Origin: a virus
Length of the DNA stretch: 64,000 nucleotides
Reading direction: 5' to 3' (one strand)
IMG/VR virus record: IMGVR_UViG_3300044539_000111
Span: 1 to 64,000 of that record
Of this stretch, positions 62,301 through 64,000 are shown in pieces. A model generated the notes under the pieces. That model made no database searches, was not told the origin of the DNA, and was given only the letters and a program-made list of their open reading frames with translations. Made by a program: the position numbers and the translations under genes. Within the stretch, counting starts at the first letter, position 1, and every line of letters starts with the position of its first letter.

Positions 62301-64000
62301 TTTAAGAGCAATGTCTTCCAACAATCTATCTCTTAAAACATTTTGCATTTCATCTAAGGTGCTAGTATAGTCTTGATACCATTGCCATTTTTTAGATTGT
62401 TTTAACTTATCATTTTTAGACAATGCTTCCCATGCATCTTTTTTGTTTTTCTTACCTGTGTATTTAAAGTCAGTAGGAACACCGCCATCTAAAATACCAA
62501 TCAAAGCAATTTTTCTTACTTGAGTTGGTAAAGTAATATGTTCTTTATATCCTTCATCTAAAAAAATTTGACTCTTTAAATACTTGACATGAATTACATT
62601 TGGCGTAAACTGAATATCTACATTAAATTCTCTTTTGCTTGCATCATAAAAATTATCAAAATCAGCAACAATCTCTTTACCTTTTTCTGTTTCAACAACT
62701 TTTACTTTTGAAAGAGAAGATAGTTTAGATCCAGATTCCATTGTCACATAATCAATTCCTTGCTCCATCATTTTTTCATGCATGATTTGCAAAGGAGTTC
62801 CTTCTATTAATGCAGGAATTAATGGCATCAATGAGTACTTATGAAATGCAGAATGACCTAAAGTAATTCCTAAATCTTTTAGTATTTTTTCAGATTTTGG
62901 ATTTGAAACATTACCATAGTACTGAAACTTTCTAACAGGAAATGTAGCAATCATATCCTCTTGTGTCAACTTAGTTCCCGCAAGCATTTTTTGATACATT
63001 TTTTCTTGAGCATCTGACCACTCACCAATTGAATCATTTAGTATTCGGTATGCATCAAATGATAACCATCCCTGGCCATCAGCTTCTTTCATGTTATTAT
63101 AATCAGCCGTGTCTACACCTAAAAGTTTTTGATAATGATCTATGTAAATAGAATTAGATTTAGCTTCTTTTATAATAGCTGTTTGTAAAAAACCAGTGTA
63201 CTCATAACTTAAAGTAATAGATGGTTTTTCTTTGTTATGTTTTTTAGCAAACCCGTAAGCATTGTACTGTGTGGAATTTATGTACTTCATCCAAACTCCA
63301 TCATGTCTAAAGATTTTACCAGTAGAAATTAGTCCAGCAATACGTTTGTGAAAAGCTTCCCCCTCTACATCGTGTACTGTTACATCTCCTAAAAACAAAG
63401 CATTGTAGTTCAAGTTTTGAATAAAGTTGTTCATCAAAAACACCTTAATCATTTTTTCTTTTACTGCTTCTTTGTTTTCAGCTTCAGATAACTCAGGATC
63501 TGATTCTATTTCTTTAGCGTATGATTCAAATAAACTGTCACCAATAACTAACTTACCACCTAACTCATCATTTAACTTTGTAGTTTCCTTTTTAAAGTAA
63601 TCAATCAATGCATTTTCAACTCTAGTTTTTAACTCTGGAGATAAAGCATCAATTGAAAAACTTCCTTTTCCTTTAGCATTTTCTGATTCAGAAATTACAG
63701 AGTTGATGTCAAATGCCAACAAGTCTTTTTTCAAGTTTTTATCAAAGCTTTCATCAAAAATTTTATCAAATACAAACCAGTCGCCACCACGGTTTAATTG
63801 AGCTACATCTATAGCAAGATCTTCAGGTTTAATCTCACCTGACAAAATCATTGATTGCAATTTTTTTATTTGCTGTATTCTTATAAGTTCTGCAGCTAAA
63901 TGATTTTTAAATTCTGTAAAAAGAATTTCTCCTTTGTATCCTTCAGCAAAAATCTTTTCAGATTCATTTATATTGATAAGAAGATTGGTATTCTTTCTTC
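56307..64000 (-). CDS. Virion RNA polymerase (crAss-like), 5' end outside window
   Basis: Frame stays open from 63860 to 64000; EADGQGW, RIPTQG and SGADFDIDKL catalytic motif. Confidence 0.88.
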   Translation of the reverse strand, partial: RKNTNLLININESEKIFAEGYKGEILFTEFKNHLAAELIRIQQIKKLQSMILSGEIKPEDLAIDVAQLNRGGDWFVFDKIFDESFDKNLKKDLLAFDINSVISESENAKGKGSFSIDALSPELKTRVENALIDYFKKETTKLNDELGGKLVIGDSLFESYAKEIESDPELSEAENKEAVKEKMIKVFLMNNFIQNLNYNALFLGDVTVHDVEGEAFHKRIAGLISTGKIFRHDGVWMKYINSTQYNAYGFAKKHNKEKPSITLSYEYTGFLQTAIIKEAKSNSIYIDHYQKLLGVDTADYNNMKEADGQGWLSFDAYRILNDSIGEWSDAQEKMYQKMLAGTKLTQEDMIATFPVRKFQYYGNVSNPKSEKILKDLGITLGHSAFHKYSLMPLIPALIEGTPLQIMHEKMMEQGIDYVTMESGSKLSSLSKVKVVETEKGKEIVADFDNFYDASKREFNVDIQFTPNVIHVKYLKSQIFLDEGYKEHITLPTQVRKIALIGILDGGVPTDFKYTGKKNKKDAWEALSKNDKLKQSKKWQWYQDYTSTLDEMQNVLRDRLLEDIALKEDTVNGQKTYTGDSSKLANYLREKLKSKEVLPEEISYLIKPDGTLIDDLSLSLISDKLEELLVTLVDKTLRRITVNGEALVQVAGTMFEKFQVTGGISVSEEMLKSSNQAALLKNGSNGLKFYFLQDEFGNEVLDNDGKAIVKGMDVKISLQGDFKKLLYTENVKGEKIAVYTEDENGKKVLDYNASLQRLNDAIKTTYWQNKYGELIKLPGVRIPTQGPNSLVAATVAEFLPEFAGPTIILPTEIVSQSGADFDIDKLFMMFMNIRNYNGSVEAVKYSSSNRTYEEIRESIEKEEPKLEKANTALQKNWKEYTDYLVEKEGLNEYVGAFYGEISDLQVDIDALYAEKKSVYENKDYDYEFQEKLHGELQKQIDEKVNQKLTLLSFAQSETNAFFDTVIKNKADRMAVVKENYLEFMSKIEKSQEAVDAIKVNIANFQRERDGKGVKGLENRFFDLLNERVLMNDNLKHLITPNTTKDTEGPSRDAGKLTKKNYNKIQKNGKISNTSIFEYRFNLLKHQENSVGKDSLGIAAVTSTFYALFTTFGATLQETSNEDQAKFVKALELLQDFGKANTPQYAAALKTVDTFSNKKLNFVTDAGTPGFNLNVEKNAITLGAMKNVDGLEISDILSQLINGFVDVAKDAWIFDAQGTKETAPVLLFMVMAGMNVTSAINMVNNPLVLEFNQVLEEYKGVFAALSEDYEKGKTDTLGKAAEVLSKKYANVFSDPTNVTKASSLGSFNRIANTAKPFTNEDIANRLGQEPNYRDMEILSHFLQIKQMAQALTDFTMVSKFDTQKISNISEAQARIESIEEFKLIPIAEKMIPDAWFDKLKDTPVGKFNNDEFIVDLFSKYFKLRNNKALILRSLDLKRPKGVDQRKLLADFKNDFLWFLYQNAVYNDNSYTTSPTKFIKGDTEKIDIVGKSYTLVEDASVEFGMDINEETGEVRYSPDVYFKEANMLEFMPFRKFFNNALPKEWVKFRLEYSNLSKVAETLTVDEFKEKFKVFDQPKRTFMNQGFEQGKLIILGRAALYNTGNVSAMFDISTGAASVVQNLKALYPELENYALFRDVKYDFNESAKKNNIYFPQVKDPQMASIYRENIQELKNSPHPEVKNFINKLNHLAIMQSGVNRASKYSMLPIIDQSYFEQAITNQIGLPYIYQVLDELQKSFDQRENRKEIDAQIIDQFKNLYQGMIVGTGMRMKVRGANYLVDKLKFSKDIKLKESKVRASNITKIPLAKAITAEQKELKLEYFYNDESMTPLAFAESIQNMEWVIRDQKFIAPEGKSQKELDKALLILGIDNSGDLPSLRYKTKNAKKGFLSVAQSNVFKEKFAIKDEAMANSATKAIGKATTPLNSKYESSSAAYAAALESFHPGTLAKPKSAKTEFVPTDKVWVFGSTITQNAYLGKKKEEFVTAVEKTFDAYHKPLIDKAVEAGVSSFFVGTASGIDDMAVKHLEGLGFKKVIRYSELGTYNEMISAKAFESVTDPMYDPKLTDTRTANSNVFNELLDILYDDINRKTPEWFTKLTQSELINNGKEIVKEQLRSIIADLDTSYKKNNYVGFRVKFINELKFSSGRIVVGKTLFDSLVEETLMEYRQAVLTSSAKLNQTPVPVKTKSAAQNIYEQLGDKTKSENVVLPSDLDVNTTYTGKNFWNDIVPEARSLFDNKMNRKTGKLKTMIIAFRGNSKKSFLQNYKDGLTLGNPFDWQDEQTSRDEAGKISTMKFIHWMTTGENLGNANATEEYRQAIINDIASGKIKGSSILYYQEKGYATHATALDYLINQHDWSAPTTQLSTGVVEKTDKIILRSELKANPATLYLFGDNDIRKGLGGQAKEMRDEPNAIGISTKKLPARGEEAYKSDKELQENKKIITEDINKAIAEWNTGKYSKLIIPQMGVGLAELPTRAPETYKFLQEELKRLEDNITQLKQAGSLTFNTLPFTAEQKQTILVNFAKKLTVSLQKEHTVADAKQYIEEALAKGNDLVQKIIIEKLKACYK

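Noticed and set aside
1-64000. Stop-codon reassignment, known in some crAss-like phages
   Set aside because: TerL, PolB and the giant genes are uninterrupted in the standard code, and TAA, TAG and TGA all end genes at plausible junctions

Overview
AT-rich 64-kb segment of a crAss-like (Crassvirales-type) phage of a Bacteroidota host, read in the standard genetic code. It has three blocks. (1) 1-15.8 kb, minus strand: portal (partial), TerL, PD-(D/E)XK nuclease, HU/IHF-like protein, lysis cassette, tail fibre/spike genes, GroES, GIY-YIG and RepL-like genes. (2) 16.2-50.3 kb, plus strand: a hairpin-rich control region, many small early genes, then SF2 helicase, ClpS, a degenerate UDG, DnaB, Sak4-like ATPase, SSB, primase, a vWA/MoxR pair, exonuclease, PolB, Dda-like helicase and MazG-like protein. 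(3) 50.3-64 kb, minus strand: a 2008-aa zincin-motif virion protein and a DFDID-type virion RNA polymerase that runs off the window. Main unexplained signals: a ~30-aa HEAT-like module shared by seven otherwise unrelated proteins, two of which flank the vWA-MoxR pair; a tandem pair of structured non-coding elements at 18.3-18.6 kb; a plus-strand GTTACTATCA motif found 6-7 times (candidate phage RNAP promoter); a kissing-loop RNA candidate at 23.65 kb; and a tRNA-like element with a defective anticodon loop. All family calls are by-eye motif recognition; no database searches were run.
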